A stretch of DNA of 64,000 nt, taken from assembly GCF_018977255.1 (NCBI RefSeq), contig NW_024704743.1, forward strand, positions 72,356,001-72,420,000, in the 5' to 3' direction. The position numbers and the translations under genes were made by a program. Below are positions 63,943-64,000 of the stretch, piece after piece (the stretch's first letter is position 1; each line of letters starts with the position of its first letter). Below the pieces are notes generated by a model, which made no database searches, had not been told where the DNA came from, and saw only the letters and a list, made by a program, of their open reading frames with translations. This DNA comes from Callorhinchus milii. Lineage: Eukaryota.

Positions 63943-64000
63943 AAGTGTGGGAAATTGAACCCATATCATATCTAAATGGAAAAGCACATCACGGTTCAAA

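Noticed and set aside
1..64000. CRISPR array, prokaryotic operon, Fanzor/TnpB or endogenous viral ORF
   Set aside because: No regularly spaced repeats and no long ORFs or RuvC/viral motifs seen; the repeats are dispersed eukaryotic TEs.

Overview
Repeat-dense eukaryotic DNA, intergenic or intronic, with no recognisable host exon, rRNA, true tRNA gene or CRISPR array. The repeat repertoire (L2-clade LINEs with (TTG)n tails, tRNA-headed Deu-domain SINEs with (TAT)n tails, shark-type CR1 3' ends, Penelope-type hammerhead repeats) points to a cartilaginous fish, possibly a holocephalan; this is inference. The ORF-track hits I could place are decayed TE fragments or their antisense shadows. Best-supported structures: (1) a complete 2,313-bp Buster/SPIN/Charlie-type hAT transposon (42890-45202; 13-bp TIRs, perfect 8-bp TSD, disabled transposase); (2) a 213-bp hAT MITE (6853-7065); (3) many L2, CR1 and SINE copies with readable TSDs and nesting up to four levels (47.5-51.7 kb); (4) a 5'-inverted SINE; (5) two Penelope-like inserts, one with a degenerate minimal hammerhead ribozyme; (6) remnants of a Harbinger-type Myb/SANT ORF and a Gypsy integrase. 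The best candidate for something undescribed is an unclassified interspersed family with 8 copies here. All copies share a hairpin plus A-tail end, are variably truncated at the other end, and carry a decayed reading frame antisense to the tail that weakly resembles an SGNH esterase. Coordinates of old, decayed repeats are approximate.
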